A stretch of 58,457 nucleotides of DNA from Catajapyx aquilonaris (Eukaryota). The notes under the pieces were generated by a model that did no database searches, was not told the origin of the DNA, and saw only the letters and a list, made by a program, of their open reading frames with translations. Below, piece by piece: positions 1 to 11,655 of this stretch. Each line of letters opens with the position of its first letter. Positions within the stretch are counted from its first letter, which is position 1. The stretch covers positions 124,001 through 182,457 of the forward strand of contig JYFJ02000112.1 in NCBI GenBank assembly GCA_000934665.2. Reading direction: 5' to 3'. The position numbers and the translations under genes were made by a program.

Positions 1-686
1 CGATGGAAGGCACTATGAATATTTAATAACTCAACTTGCCTGGCAATGGCACATGAATCCCACTTTCTCGAGTGGCATACTGTTCTCGAAAAGTTAAATT
101 ACCGTAGGGTTGCTGTCCTGAGATTATACCAATAATATGTTCAACAGATGTCATCTATTGTCATTTAATTGTGGTCAACAATTCATAACATCCATTAGAC
201 CCTTGATTGATGATCTACCTTCAATGGTGCAGCCTGGCCTAATGGTGAGGTACACTGATTGCAAATACTCATTATTACACATTGATTCTCCACAAGAAAG
301 CATTATAGCCTACTTGTAACTATATGACCGAATGTGCACCTAATTTTGCACATGGCATATCCCATGATTGTTGCCAACAATGAATCCTTGGCCATAAAAT
401 CTACCATCAGCGTTGCAACCAGGGGTTCATGAACTGATGATTGAAGACCACTGGTTACACAGTGCAATACCACATTTAGAGGGACAGAGTTTGCAACCTG
501 TAGCTTGCTGCCTCCATCAAAATAAACTGAAGCAAAAGTGTGTACTCTCGACTTGTTACCTGTAAGTTGGCTTAAAAGGTATGCATTTGCTTATGATTAG
601 ACACAGGTAATTTAAATCCAAACAAATCCCAACCCCAGTGAAGGATTAAATATTTCAAAATGGACGCTATATGAAACTGTAATTAC

Positions 687-2403
687 TGGAGTCCGGATTT
701 GTAGGCAAATGCCTATTTAGTTCCTTAAGAGTTGGGATGGTTTTGCGAAGAGATTATCCATTTCATAAGTGCAGGATGTGGAAAATGTAGATTAGTACCT
801 AAAATTGCCTATTTTGTGGTTTTAGGAACTACTTGGCCTATTCTGGCTTTTCATGCCTATTTGGCCTTTTTTGCGATAGTTTTTTAACTTTTTGAAGCAT
901 TTTCGGTACTTTTTGGCCTCTTCCAGACCTCCTCCTTCAGAGGCATGTTAGGTTTTTCTGCAGAATATTTTTTGTGCTCCTGGAAGGTCCAAAATTGTTC
1001 AGAAGTAATACGAATCATGTTTCCGTAACACGTATGCCAAATATTTCTCTAAATTTTGGCAACATATTGGGCAAGTGGAAACTGGCCATAAGCGGTAATC
1101 GAGTCTAGAGCAAGTGATGCTTGCACTTCGTGTCTTTTGCCCAAGTTTCATGATTTCCTATGTGTTTGTCAGTTACTGTCAGTTTATTGTTGTTATTCGG
1201 GTGTTTGTTCTGGTTTGTGACCTTGGCCAGGGCTAAAGCACTCCCCCCCCTCCCCCCGGTCAAGATATGAATTTTATATTTTTATTTGGTACCACAGGGT
1301 TAATTTTTGGAAATAGAAACATGTGCAGCAAGGGTAGAAGGGCCTATCAAGACAGGACAACCAGGGTGGTCCGCAGGAAATAGTACAAAATAAAATGAGG
1401 AATACCAGAACTTATACAAGATTACACAAATTTTATTTGTGCCTATCGTATGTGCACATATTGCCATTTCTGGTACACAAAAAACCGTGTCTATTTCTTG
1501 AATATAGCATCACACAAATGTCCTCCACTGGCATCAATACATAGTCTGTGCATGGCAACGAGCCGATCGCTGAGGACTTTGCAGCAGGGCTGCACACACT
1601 CTTTGGACATTTTCAGGCATCCGGACCGTCTTTTTTGGGCCCTTGTGCTTCTTGTTGATGACAGACCCCGTTATTTGCCACTGCTTGGCCCAGACGATGA
1701 TGGCGGTCCTCTCCATGGCACAACTCACGTTGCACACCTGCAACACTCTTCTGGCGAGCATAGGTATCCACAGCCCGGAGACGTAACTCTACCGGCCAGT
1801 GACTCATGGTGAACTGAATGGCATACTGCCTGTCTTCGATTTGTCTCGATAGCTAGCTACACCATGCATTCCTAACCCCACGGTCGCCAATCTTAACTGT
1901 ACCATTTCCTGCGGGCCACCCTGTATTAAGACATTTTCGCCCTTTATGATGTCCTGTACAGGCGGGTAGGCAGAAAAATTTCGGAGGGGGGGCATTTCAT
2001 AAGCACAAGGTGAACAAGCCGTAAAGGGCGGGACATTTTTTGGGGGGTTGAAGGTCACATGAGCTTAGGTGAAAGTGGGCGATTTGAACAGGTGTGTATT
2101 ATTTTCGTACAATTCATAGCATTTTTTCCAAAAAAATCACGAATTAGTAATTTCTAATGCGATTTAAAACTGTCCTGTATATCATTGCAGTACGGACAAA
2201 ATTGCGTCGCGGTCTGAGAGGTCCAGATCAGGACCACGGTCCGCCATTTGAATAGCCCTGCTTTAGGTCTATAAAATATTATTCTGGCTTTTTATTTTGT
2301 GTAACATATCCGCCATACTCCTGGCAAAGTAAAAATTTTATGCCTATTTGAGGTTTTTTGTGCCTATTTCGGTGTTTTGTCTTGCCTAAAAATTCGGACT
2401 CTA
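687..2403. mobile_element. Non-autonomous hAT-like DNA transposon with TIRs and 8-bp TSD, carrying nested insertions
   Basis: Left end TGGAGTCCGGATTTGTAGGC (687-706) matches the reverse complement of the right end, TAGAGTCCGAATTTTTAGGC (2384-2403), at 17/20. Identical 8-bp flanks GTAATTAC at 679-686 and 2404-2411. Subterminal TGCCTATTT repeats near 710, 806, 855, 2341 and 2361. An 8-bp TSD is typical of hAT, but the flank is palindromic and could instead be part of the TIR. Confidence 0.75.
1362..1923 (-). mobile_element. Internally deleted Tc1/mariner-superfamily element (DUF4817-type HTH N-terminus)
   Basis: 26-bp TIRs CAGGGTGGTCCGCAGGAAATAGTACA (1362-1387) and 1898-1923, 2 mismatches, with TA at 1924-1925. 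The minus strand encodes a frameshifted N-terminus (MSHWPVELRLRAVDTY...IIVWAKQWQITGSV...KTVRMPENVQRV...SPQRSAR) followed directly by the C-terminal motif RLCIDASGGHLCDAIFKK* (stop 1491-1493). Confidence 0.8.
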
Positions 2404-2613
2404 GTAATTACTCATGTTGTGCAGTTATGTAAAAGATGCATCTTTATTTAATCACATCTATACAAAGGAACAACAAACAAAATCTCCTTAAAATTACGAG
2501 AACATAAGGAGCATGTCATAACACATCAACCCTTGTACTTCTTTTTTCGCTTGTTCGAGTGTGAAGGAGCCAAAACAACTGGTGACTAGAAGATGGAGCT
2601 AGAAACGAAGAGA

Positions 2614-2751
2614 CTCTTTGTCTGTCTCCTATCTAACAAAGATCTTTGCATCTTGGACGACCCTATCAGAAAATACTGCCGATATAGCCCTTGGGGTCAT
2701 CAGAGCAAGGAAGCCCCACCACCAAGGTAAGATGGTGATACCATCGAGGAG
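2614..2751 (-). mobile_element. RTE-clade LINE 5' UTR fragment or RTE-derived SINE relic
   Basis: Minus strand reads CACCATCTTACCTTGGTGGTGGGGCTTCCTTGCTCTGATGACCCCAAGGGCTATATCGG...AGGGTCGTCCAAGATG...CAGACAAAGAG. This resembles, from memory, the conserved 5' segment of BovB/RTE elements. No ORF. Confidence 0.5.
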
Positions 2752-4079
2752 CAAAACTTGTCTATACATAGTGTTGTAGTTATAGTTTGAACCCACACTC
2801 CTGCAGCCCTCTGAGTTGGTCAGAAAATTTTGTAGTACTGAAATTAATTATTGTCCCTTGGCCTACTGTTACAGAAACAGCGTAAAATGGAAGTCTTGCT
2901 TTTTAAATAACAGGTAACAAAATTGTTTGCATCTTTAAATTTCATTTTACTCATAGACATGCATCAATGTCATGGGTAAGGCAGCAACGAATTCAATGCC
3001 CTCCAAGTACTGTACTGGTTGTAATGAATTCATCACAGTCCACACAGTTATCAATTCAAGGCTGTTCTAGCTGGCCAACCATATTTCCCCATCCAATCAA
3101 TACTCCAAACAAGAAGCATCAGAACTGAAACCATCCATTGTGCCGTTTCTTCCCCATCAACTTCTCCAACCCTCCTACTGTGAACAGGGAGGGTGGCTTC
3201 GGGAGGGGCAAAATTTTTTGAGGAAAGCCTTTGGGGAGGTTAGAAGTTGGGAGGGAGAAGGGGAAAGGGGGCTGTCCAGACAAAGTATTGATCAATTGAA
3301 ACCCCAAAGAGTGGTGTTGCAGCTCAGCAAATGGGGAGGTGGGGGGATGTTCGGAGGGGTGGAGAGAGAGAGAGAGAGAGCAGGCAGAGGGGGTTAGAAA
3401 TCAATAAATGTGGGGAGCTGCTTGCACTGGGTGTAGCCCGCCCACGGCTTCATTCATGCTCGATACCCATAAATTCCTACTTTTTGCGCAAAACCAAATT
3501 ATACTGTCGCACTACACTTGGCCCACCATTCGGTACAATCTACCAGAATTTTAAAAACCACTACAGCAACACTGAAATACCAGGTCAGGTAGCAACAAAC
3601 TCCGCAACGACGCAAAATCTTCCCTACAAAGTGCAACAGTGTTTAATGCAGCTCATGGGACCACGCTCTCTGGCATTTGACGCAATTAGTATATCCAACA
3701 AGGAAAGAACGGCCAGGAAAAACAAATTAACTGCCGGCTTCACATAAAAGCGCCTAATATGGCCGAATAACTTGCAAATACCAGGAAAAATGGTGCCGCA
3801 TTCAATGTCATAGTTTCTCTCCAGGGGGGACCAGTTCTTTAAAAGAAATCTGCGTCAAAATTGCAGCATTTTAAGTTCATGTATTTCGAAAGTGTTGCGA
3901 CTTTTAATCAGCTGCAGCACTCTCTGTACTTTGGAAGTGGGTTATGAAGCCCTGTCATACACACATACCAACAAACTTTCTGTGCTTTTTTATCTGACAT
4001 AATACGTAATATACAGTATAAATCAGAAAGTTTGTTGGTACGTATGATTCTGTTGGCATTACTGTTCCAGTTCCTGTGT

Positions 4080-4944
4080 ACGGCACATGGGTATGACCTT
4101 TCGGCCGTATTGTCTCGACTGTTCGACCGTTTCGCGGGTACGTCTTTTGACACGTCTCCCCCCTTCCGAATGTCCGGTCAGTCGGTCCGTCAGCTCGGGT
4201 GTGAGGGACGGGAGGTTGGGTCGAGTCGACCGAGGGCGGGTATTCTATTTTGGAACGTGGAAAATCGTCGCGCGCTAGTCCCGGGCCTTAATACATCGGC
4301 GCGGGCCCAAGCGCGTTGGGGTCGAGGACTAGAAGACCGACTCCTACGGTGTCCCGCAACTGGTGAGCCTGCTCCGTAACAACAGGGGTGGGAAAAAGGG
4401 GAGAGTACGGCTGCGTACGCACCTGCGTGAAGAACACCCTGGTACTACACCCACTACACCGCTGCTGGCTTCAGTGCGGCGGAGGGTCGTCCGCACCCGA
4501 CCTCCTGGTGTATAAAGGAAGGGGGAACAGCACAGCGGCGGACAGGGGCCGGGGCAGCCCCAGGGCCGACCCGCACCCGCGTCCGGGACACATCGGATGG
4601 GCTTTGGAACGCGGAGAATACGGTACGTTCTGGGTGGGTGGGGGTGTTCGGTCGGGTGGTGGGAGGGGCGGCCATCTTAGAGTCTGCGCATAACTGACCT
4701 GGCTCCTCGGCCCGCCGTTTTATCCTGCGCCTGCGCTCCGTCGCCTCTGCGCGGCACCCGGGGACGCACTCGCCGTTCGCACTCGGGAAGGAGGGGGCCG
4801 CCCAGGGGCTGGCTCCGGGTGCTTACCTGGGGCAGAGAGAACCAGCGTCCGACCTAGGGGGAGCTTGGAGGTAGAGGCTACTCCGGGGTGGGCGGAGAGA
4901 GAGGCTTTTGCTTGTGGCGTCTGGGGGGAGACTCATTCCCCGAC
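4080..4944. repeat. GC/CpG-rich probable repeat insertion, possibly LTR-derived
   Basis: Abrupt GC- and CpG-rich block in AT-rich surroundings, with a TATA-like GTATAAAGG near 4510 and an end in CCCCGACA at 4944. No TSD found; boundaries are approximate. Confidence 0.3.
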
Positions 4945-5244
4945 ATCTACCGGCTGAAATTCAAACTTGGGGGAAAATTGCTACTAGAGAACTCTGGCGG
5001 CGGATTTGAAAAAATAAGTGTGCCTGGAACAAAAACTTTTTACTAAACATTTTTTATACATACTGAAGAATATACAAGATCAGTCACATTCAGTCTCATT
5101 TTTTGCCATCAGCATTTTCACCAAAAAAAATGGCGTGTTTGAACAAAGAAAATAAATTTGAGGGATCAAAAACGGCCAAGTCCACTTTTGGAGGGTGTAA
5201 CACAAATAGGGCCTACATGCAGCAATTATTTATTTTAATGACTA

Positions 5245-5466
5245 CATGGTAAACCGCAAAACATTAAAAGAGCATCACTGTTTAATGCTCTTCTAATGCT
5301 TTTTTTGTTGTTAAAAAGCATCACAAATGCATTAGAGGAGCATTAAAAATTGATGTTCCATGAGAGACTCACCAGTGATGCTCTTCTAATCCTTTTGAGA
5401 TGCTTTTTAGCAACAAAAGAGCATTAAACATAGTGATGCTCTTTTAATGTTTTGCGGATTACAGTG
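5245..5466. mobile_element. Foldback MITE, copy 1
   Basis: CATGGTAAACCGCAAAACATTAAAAGAGCATCAC pairs with GTGATGCTCTTTTAATGTTTTGCGGATTACAGTG. TA on both sides. Internal ATGCTCTT/AAGAGCAT subrepeats. Confidence 0.65.
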
Positions 5467-5494
5467 TATGAGTGCGATTTTCATCCCACTGCTG

Positions 5495-5668
5495 CGCTGT
5501 AAACCACAAAACCAGCATAAAACATTAAAAAAGCGTATCACTGGTGAGTCTCCCATGGAGCATCAATTTTAATGCTCTTCTAATGCTAAAACAAGAGCAT
5601 TAAAAATTGATGCTCCATGGAAGACTCACTAGTGATGCTCTTTTAATGTATTGTGGTTTACATCAGTG
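5495..5668. mobile_element. Foldback MITE, copy 2 (same family as copy 1)
   Basis: CGCTGTAAACCACAA pairs with TTGTGGTTTACATCAGTG. Long internal palindrome GTGAGTCTCCCATGGAGCATCAATTTTAATGCTCTT / AAGAGCATTAAAAATTGATGCTCCATGGAAGACTCAC. Confidence 0.6.
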
Positions 5669-6238
5669 TAGTTACCAAGGGGTAAATCACTTGTCAAGTC
5701 CGTTGTACAGTATCAGGCACCAAGTCTGCCGAGTGATTTACCCCATGGTAGTTACTGCTAATAGTAACTAGCAGTGGCACAAAGATTCCACCCATTGGGT
5801 ATTAATTGCACATTTCCATATGTAGCTGAACTATGGCACATAAAAAGATTGTACCAGTGAAAGTTAAGTAATCGTCAGTTTTATTGCTTATTTTACGAAC
5901 AGTTTTTTCCAAGTGCACTTGGCCGTTTTTGATCTCAGACCCTTCAATTGAACAAAAATATAAAATGCCAAACATCAACTGCCGTATTTTTTTTTGTGTG
6001 TCTTGAAATAATTAACATCCAATAATGTACAAGTACATACACTTCCTTGTGGCTAAACAGGCATTTTTAATAAAGGAGAAATTGTCGGCTAAAATATGCG
6101 ACCGCTTAATAGTTAATACTATACTATGACTCGCCTTAGACATGCATAGTTTGAATGGTGACGCTTTTTTGAAAGTGTCCCCAAAATTGATCACAGTGTA
6201 TTGTTTCCTGCTTCACACATTTTAAATGTCTAGTTCAC

Positions 6239-9200
6239 TCACTTCCCAAAAGTGCGGCCAACTGGTGCGTTACGCTTCAGACGCAGGTTCTCTACATTGG
6301 AAAGTAAATTTAAGTAATGTTGCTTTGGCTCAGATATTGAAATACTCACTTCGATGGCATCTCCTTCCATACCATCCTGGGTCACACTCGCACTTGTTCG
6401 TCCCTATGCAGTAGCCATGACGGCAGGGTTTCTTGCAGAGGTGCCTTTGCAGGATCCGGTTGACAGAGGCTATCTCGCAGTGGTCACCGTGGTAGCCAGA
6501 GGGGCAGCGGCACTTGTTTACACCTTTGCACCGCCCACCATTTAGACAGGGGATCACGCACTTGCCTGGAAATGTTACTTGCGTTATTTACAATCTGTTG
6601 CCAAAAATACTCTCTTGCTCCCTATAGTTAACTCACTGAATTCACATCTTTGGCCATAGAAGCCCTTGGGGCAGTCGCAAGTGTCCTTTTGAATGCATTT
6701 TCCTCCATTCAAGCATTTCTCACCACAGATTCCTGCCGAGAAGTAAAAGAGAGGGTTACATGATGCTGCAAATCCAGCGCCGCTTCTTATCCCGGTCTGC
6801 CCAGGCCATAGACCGGATTATCAGGGTGGACCACGCAGGAGAAGTCGGAGCTAACAGGATCTACGCAGGGCAAATGGCCATCCTAGGTTTGTACCTGTTG
6901 CCTCAAACATTTAATATCTTCTGACTATTGAAACTGCGAAATGTTTGTAGGAAGAACTAGTACAGGTCCACTAATACAGCACATGTGGGACCAAGAAAAG
7001 GAACATCAGAGGCTTTTTGAGGGGCTCATCAGTCAACATAGGGTCCGACCCACGGCTATGCTTCCGATATGGAATGTGGCTGGATTTGTTTTGGGTGCAG
7101 GTAAATGATACTTAATAAAAGGAGGTTTTTTTCTTGGTCCTGAACCTGGTGTAAACCTCTCTCATAAATTCCAGGCACAGCTTTGCTTGGTAAGGAAGCA
7201 GCCATGGCTTGCACTGTTGCAGTGGAAAGTGTGATAACTGACCACTACAACAACCAGATCCGAGAGCTAGTCAAGTCTGACCCGGAAGACAACAAGGAAC
7301 TGCTGGAAGTCATCAGCAAGTGTCGGGATGATGAGATGGAGCACCACGACACTGGGCTGGAGCATGATGCCGAACAGGCTCCATTTTATAAGTTGCTCAG
7401 TGAAACCATAAAGACTGGGTGTAGGGGTGCCATATGGATATCAGAAAGAATTTGAGAGGCTGTTGCATTGAAATCTGTGTGACATGACATTAGGTCATCC
7501 TGATAGTTTTAATTCAGCAACTGGTTTTGTACTTTGGTAATGTCCAACCTGACACTGTACATTGATCAGTGTGCATCAGTAAACCTTGATTTACTGCATA
7601 AATAAGACTGATGGGGGTTTCCAGGTAAGATATATTATTTTTGTAGAAGTTAGTGATATGAAATGGTTGACTTAACATTGCACAAATATGACTATTCCTA
7701 TGTCTCATCTGCCAATCAGGCAGTTATTAAAAGTTGAGCCATCCTACAAGTACAGTTGCCAACTATCATTTACTTTTGAGGAAAAGTCCTGGATTTCATC
7801 CGGTTACATGTCTACTCTTATAATATTCTGTAAGACAATGAATTATGTTGGTCACCAGTTGCCCTATTATTTTCCTATTTCAATATTCATCAAGCATCCC
7901 AAACATCGCCTAAATTAAAAATTTGCTGCACACTTCTGCTGATAAGAATTAATTGCCTGTGGAAGTGAACTGCTATGATTTCTTATTCTTTCGAAAAATT
8001 GTGACTGCTCAAACTGGTGATTGCAAGTATTCATGAAAATAGGCCTTTTAATTTAGGCCTATGGACTATTTGTGATGAAGAAGCACACACTGTGTACATT
8101 TTCTATAGAATGACTTGATGGATGTTTCTCTGTCCCAAAAAAGGACATTAATTGAAAAACAGCATTGAGATAATGTGTGTGAAGTGCAGGGTAGTGATTG
8201 TTGGCGACTCATTGTGCTGAGGATCATGTCACTTCTTCTGCATAACAGGTGGCTGAAACAGCAACATTTATGCCAAAGAAACAGGCTTTACTCACCTCCT
8301 TCACAGTGCCTTCCCTGGTACCCATGCAGGCAGCTGCAAACCCCGGGTGCTGTGCAAATCCCTCCGTTCATACACTGGGGATAGCACAGGGCGGTCCGGC
8401 AGTGCTGGCCCATGTAGCCTTCTGGACACTGGCAGATTTTCTCGTGGTTGCACCAGCCACCATTTGCACATTTCTTGTCACACTCTGGGTCAGGACCTGA
8501 GGACAGTGGGGCTTCATTATTGGCTACCAGCATTGGTCTTTTTTTATAGTGTGTGTAATGTGAATGCAATTAGGGATTACTGGGGTTTAACTGCTGACCT
8601 CGTGGGGCACATTCCTTGCGCAGGCGCAGGCGAAGGGGGGTGCCGGGGAGAGGCTTCCCCTTACGGCTCTCAATGAGAAGGCCAATCCCAAATGATGCGA
8701 TGCCACTGACATTTCCAGAGCAGGGAAGGAACACGCTGAACACTGAGGAGGATTGAAGTTGGAAGGTGCAAATTAGTAGGCCTACTCTTTGGGAACTAGT
8801 TTTGTATTATACACTGTTATTAAATGAAAGTTGACACTTGACAGAAAGGCTGTGAATTTTTGTTAAACGTCCAGTTATTTTCAGGACTACGGAATATGAA
8901 ACTATCGAATTTATTATCAGTGCAGTATTTCACAGATCCCTACAGTAATACTGGGGGAAAGGTATTGAAAGAATTGGTGCTTCTTTGGGAATATAATATA
9001 GTCCTGTCTGTTTGACTGTAAATTCAGGAATGGTACTTGAACATAGTTAACACCTTGTCAATGCCACAGTTTACTTTTTCAAGTGAAGGCCCATGTAAGA
9101 GTGGTAAAGAAATGGACAGGTGCAGGCGTTACTGATAAAGTGTATAAACACCATGGCCCTTAAATCACAGTTCTAGGAAAAACATCCAAGGACTGCATTT

Positions 9201-11655
9201 TCAGTTTTGATACTAACAAGTGGGCTATACTATCATTTCCCTCCCCCAAAAAAACAAGGTAGGTGTGGTTGCATTACTGGTTGCAACATGCAATTTGATC
9301 AACAACAATGTAATAAATTGTGGCTTGCATGCTGATAAAACCAGGAATGATGACTGTTGGACAAAAAGTGTACAGTTACACGCTGTGCATGATGAACAGC
9401 CTTTAAAAAAAATCCTTCTCAGCAGCACTTTGATCATTGAACTCCCATAAAGCATAGTAAAATCCCTTTTATCCCCCTTGTCCCTGCTGTGTTTGAGAAG
9501 AAGTCTCTCAACCCTTCCCCCCGACATGTAGACGAAGAAGAGACCCTAGGGGCGTCCCAGGGGTCGCTTGGGAAAGTACACTTTGCACCCCCTCAGAAAA
9601 AGAAAACCGGTATGACGACTCCAGCTTCGTTTGTTTAGCAAACAGCCCCTCTTTTTATTTGCCTTTCGCCTTCTCCCGATTATGATAACCTCTTCAACGA
9701 GGTGCTAGGGACCGCCCAAATTACATGGTGAGATGAGGAGCACCCCTCCTTCCTTCCTCTCCTCCTTTCTATCAGAAATGTGAAATTGGACAGCCCATAC
9801 AAAAAAAAAAACAGACTTCAGCGTTGATTAACATGTTCTCCAGACGCCTGATACGGACACTGATTTATAATGTATTTTTATACGACCTTCGTGGAGATTT
9901 CCGATTCTGATTTGTTCTTTTTTTTTGTGTACAATGTGTATACGTCTTTTCTTTTCGCGAGTGAATTGCCCTGGCACTTTTTGATACTGGTTTTAAGGGT
10001 CGTGATGGTTTGCCTGTAGGGGTTTTGGATCAGCCAAAAGACCGATGCCCTCTTTATATTCGGATAAGGAAACAGGTAGCCGAAATTGTTACCCTTGGGC
10101 TTGCGTGGGACCCGGCCTTTGGTTTCGACCGAGATGACTGGAGGCTCCAGGATATCTTCGTTGAAAGACTGCAGTCGATCGAAGTTGTAATAATACTTCT
10201 TGTCGCCTGATTTCCAAGTGAAGTTCACGTACCCAACCTGTAAGAAATAATAACACTCCTCAATAATAATTTTTCCCCACACATTTCTTCAATAATTTAT
10301 TATAAGAGTCGGTGGTTGCTGGAGTGAACAATCCGTACCCCTTACCTCTGATGGAATGATGGGCAAATGCTTGTCGAAGTTCGGATCCAGCAAGTACGGC
10401 AGCACATGGCCGTCCACAATGGCGAATATTTCCATGGGAAATCCTGAAATATTGTTGCAAAAATAAGTGAGCTGCGGTTTCAGTCACTCTCTGCGCAAGC
10501 ACCAAAATTGGGCAAAGTCAATAAACACACCAGAAATAGACATCCTGCCACAACCAGACAGACATACTTCTTGAGGTTACCACATTGCAACAATACGCAC
10601 GTATAATGCCCCATCTCATTATAAGTCTGTTCGCGGCTGTCATAATCACAATTATCAGGTGAGCCAAGTTGACAGCTTGCAGAATGCGTCCGTCATAAAT
10701 AATTAATGTGACGAGGTATGAAGTTGGGCAAGACGACCTTTAGATCTTTCAAGCACAACTTTTTTTTTTCTTTCTTTCTTTTTAGCTCGTTGTTCACCCC
10801 CCTTCATCCTCCTCACTGCTGCGGTCAAAGCCTCATCAGCCTTGGCAATCAAGCAACCACAAATAAAACGTTTGCATTCGCGCCACGTCACGTCTGCGAG
10901 GATTGCATACGGCCAATTGCACACACACAAAAAAAGGGTCACTCTCGTAAAGTCCCGTAGGCTCCAATTACAATCCCCCGTCATTACTTGTTGCAACCAT
11001 GTACATAGGATGGCTGCAGATGTCTTGATTTACTGCTGCAGCCCCTCCCCTTCTGGCCACCATAACCCTTTCATTAAATGCAAGCACGTTCCACTTGCAG
11101 CCAACCCCTTCGCACACATTTGTCTAATTTTACAGCTTGGCAGCCGACCACAAAATTGTCGGTTTTTCCGGGCTGTAAAATCCACTGAGACATTGATGTC
11201 TTCATTTGTCGACGTCGTTTGTCGATGTGGAGGAATTCTGGAGGGCTGTCACGTGCGGTGTATATACAGTGCTGGAAATTAATGGATATCCACAAGTATC
11301 GCCGTCTGGCGGAGCTTTTCCTTTACAAGTTTACATGAAGCAGCTTCGTGTGAAGAAAAAGCTCCGCCAGGCGGCGATACTTGTGGATATATATTAATTT
11401 CCAGCACTTGTACGTGCTGCACTTACCACTGAACATCTTGACCTGTTGCTCGTCGATCCAGAGCGATAGGTCTTCGGGTCGGTGCTGACGTCGACCCCTG
11501 TCCCTGTCCCTGGGTCGATGACGGCGCTGCTGCTGTCCTTCTGGTTCCTTCCGTCTTCTGGCTGGATGGTTGTCGGCGGTGATGGCGCAAGGTGCGGACA
11601 GCAGTACCAGCAGCAGCGCCAGGGACAGCAGCAACGCCAGCTGCAGCTGCTCCAT
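6239..11655 (-). CDS. shf: Protein shifted / Wnt inhibitory factor 1 homolog (signal peptide, WIF domain, 5 EGF-like repeats), about 393 aa
   Basis: Coding exons 11655-11427, 10443-10346, 10237-10093, 8742-8599, 8496-8296, 6732-6637, 6565-6350, 6291-6239; all introns GT-AG and phase-consistent (1182 nt). Signal peptide MEQLQLALLLSLALLLVLLSAPC. WIF motifs LSLWIDEQQVKMFSG, LLDPNFDKHLPIIPSEVGYVNFTWKSG and FSVFLPCSGNVSG...GTPLRLRLRKEC. EGF repeats CDKKCANGGWC, CYPQCMNGG, CGEKCLNGG, CVIPCLNGG, CKKPCRHG. The last small exon is less certain. Confidence 0.95.
6760..7455 (+). CDS. COQ7: 5-demethoxyubiquinone hydroxylase COQ7/CLK-1 (mitochondrial di-iron protein), about 185 aa
   Basis: Exons 6760-6886, 6951-7100, 7175-7455; GT-AG and in phase (558 nt). 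Motifs IIRVDHAGEVGANRIYAGQ, HMWDQEKEH, VRPT, AMACTVAVESVITDHYNNQ, RDDEMEHHDTG, GCRGAIWISERI*. The basic N-terminus MMLQIQRRFLS resembles a short mitochondrial presequence. Confidence 0.96.

Larger units (their letters stand above)
5160..5945. mobile_element. Non-autonomous TIR element (MITE) containing nested foldback elements
   Basis: GATCAAAAACGGCCAAGTCCACTT (5164-5187) matches the reverse complement of 5911-5934 at 23/24. Termini are GAGGG/GAAGGG-like. Superfamily not determined. Confidence 0.6.
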
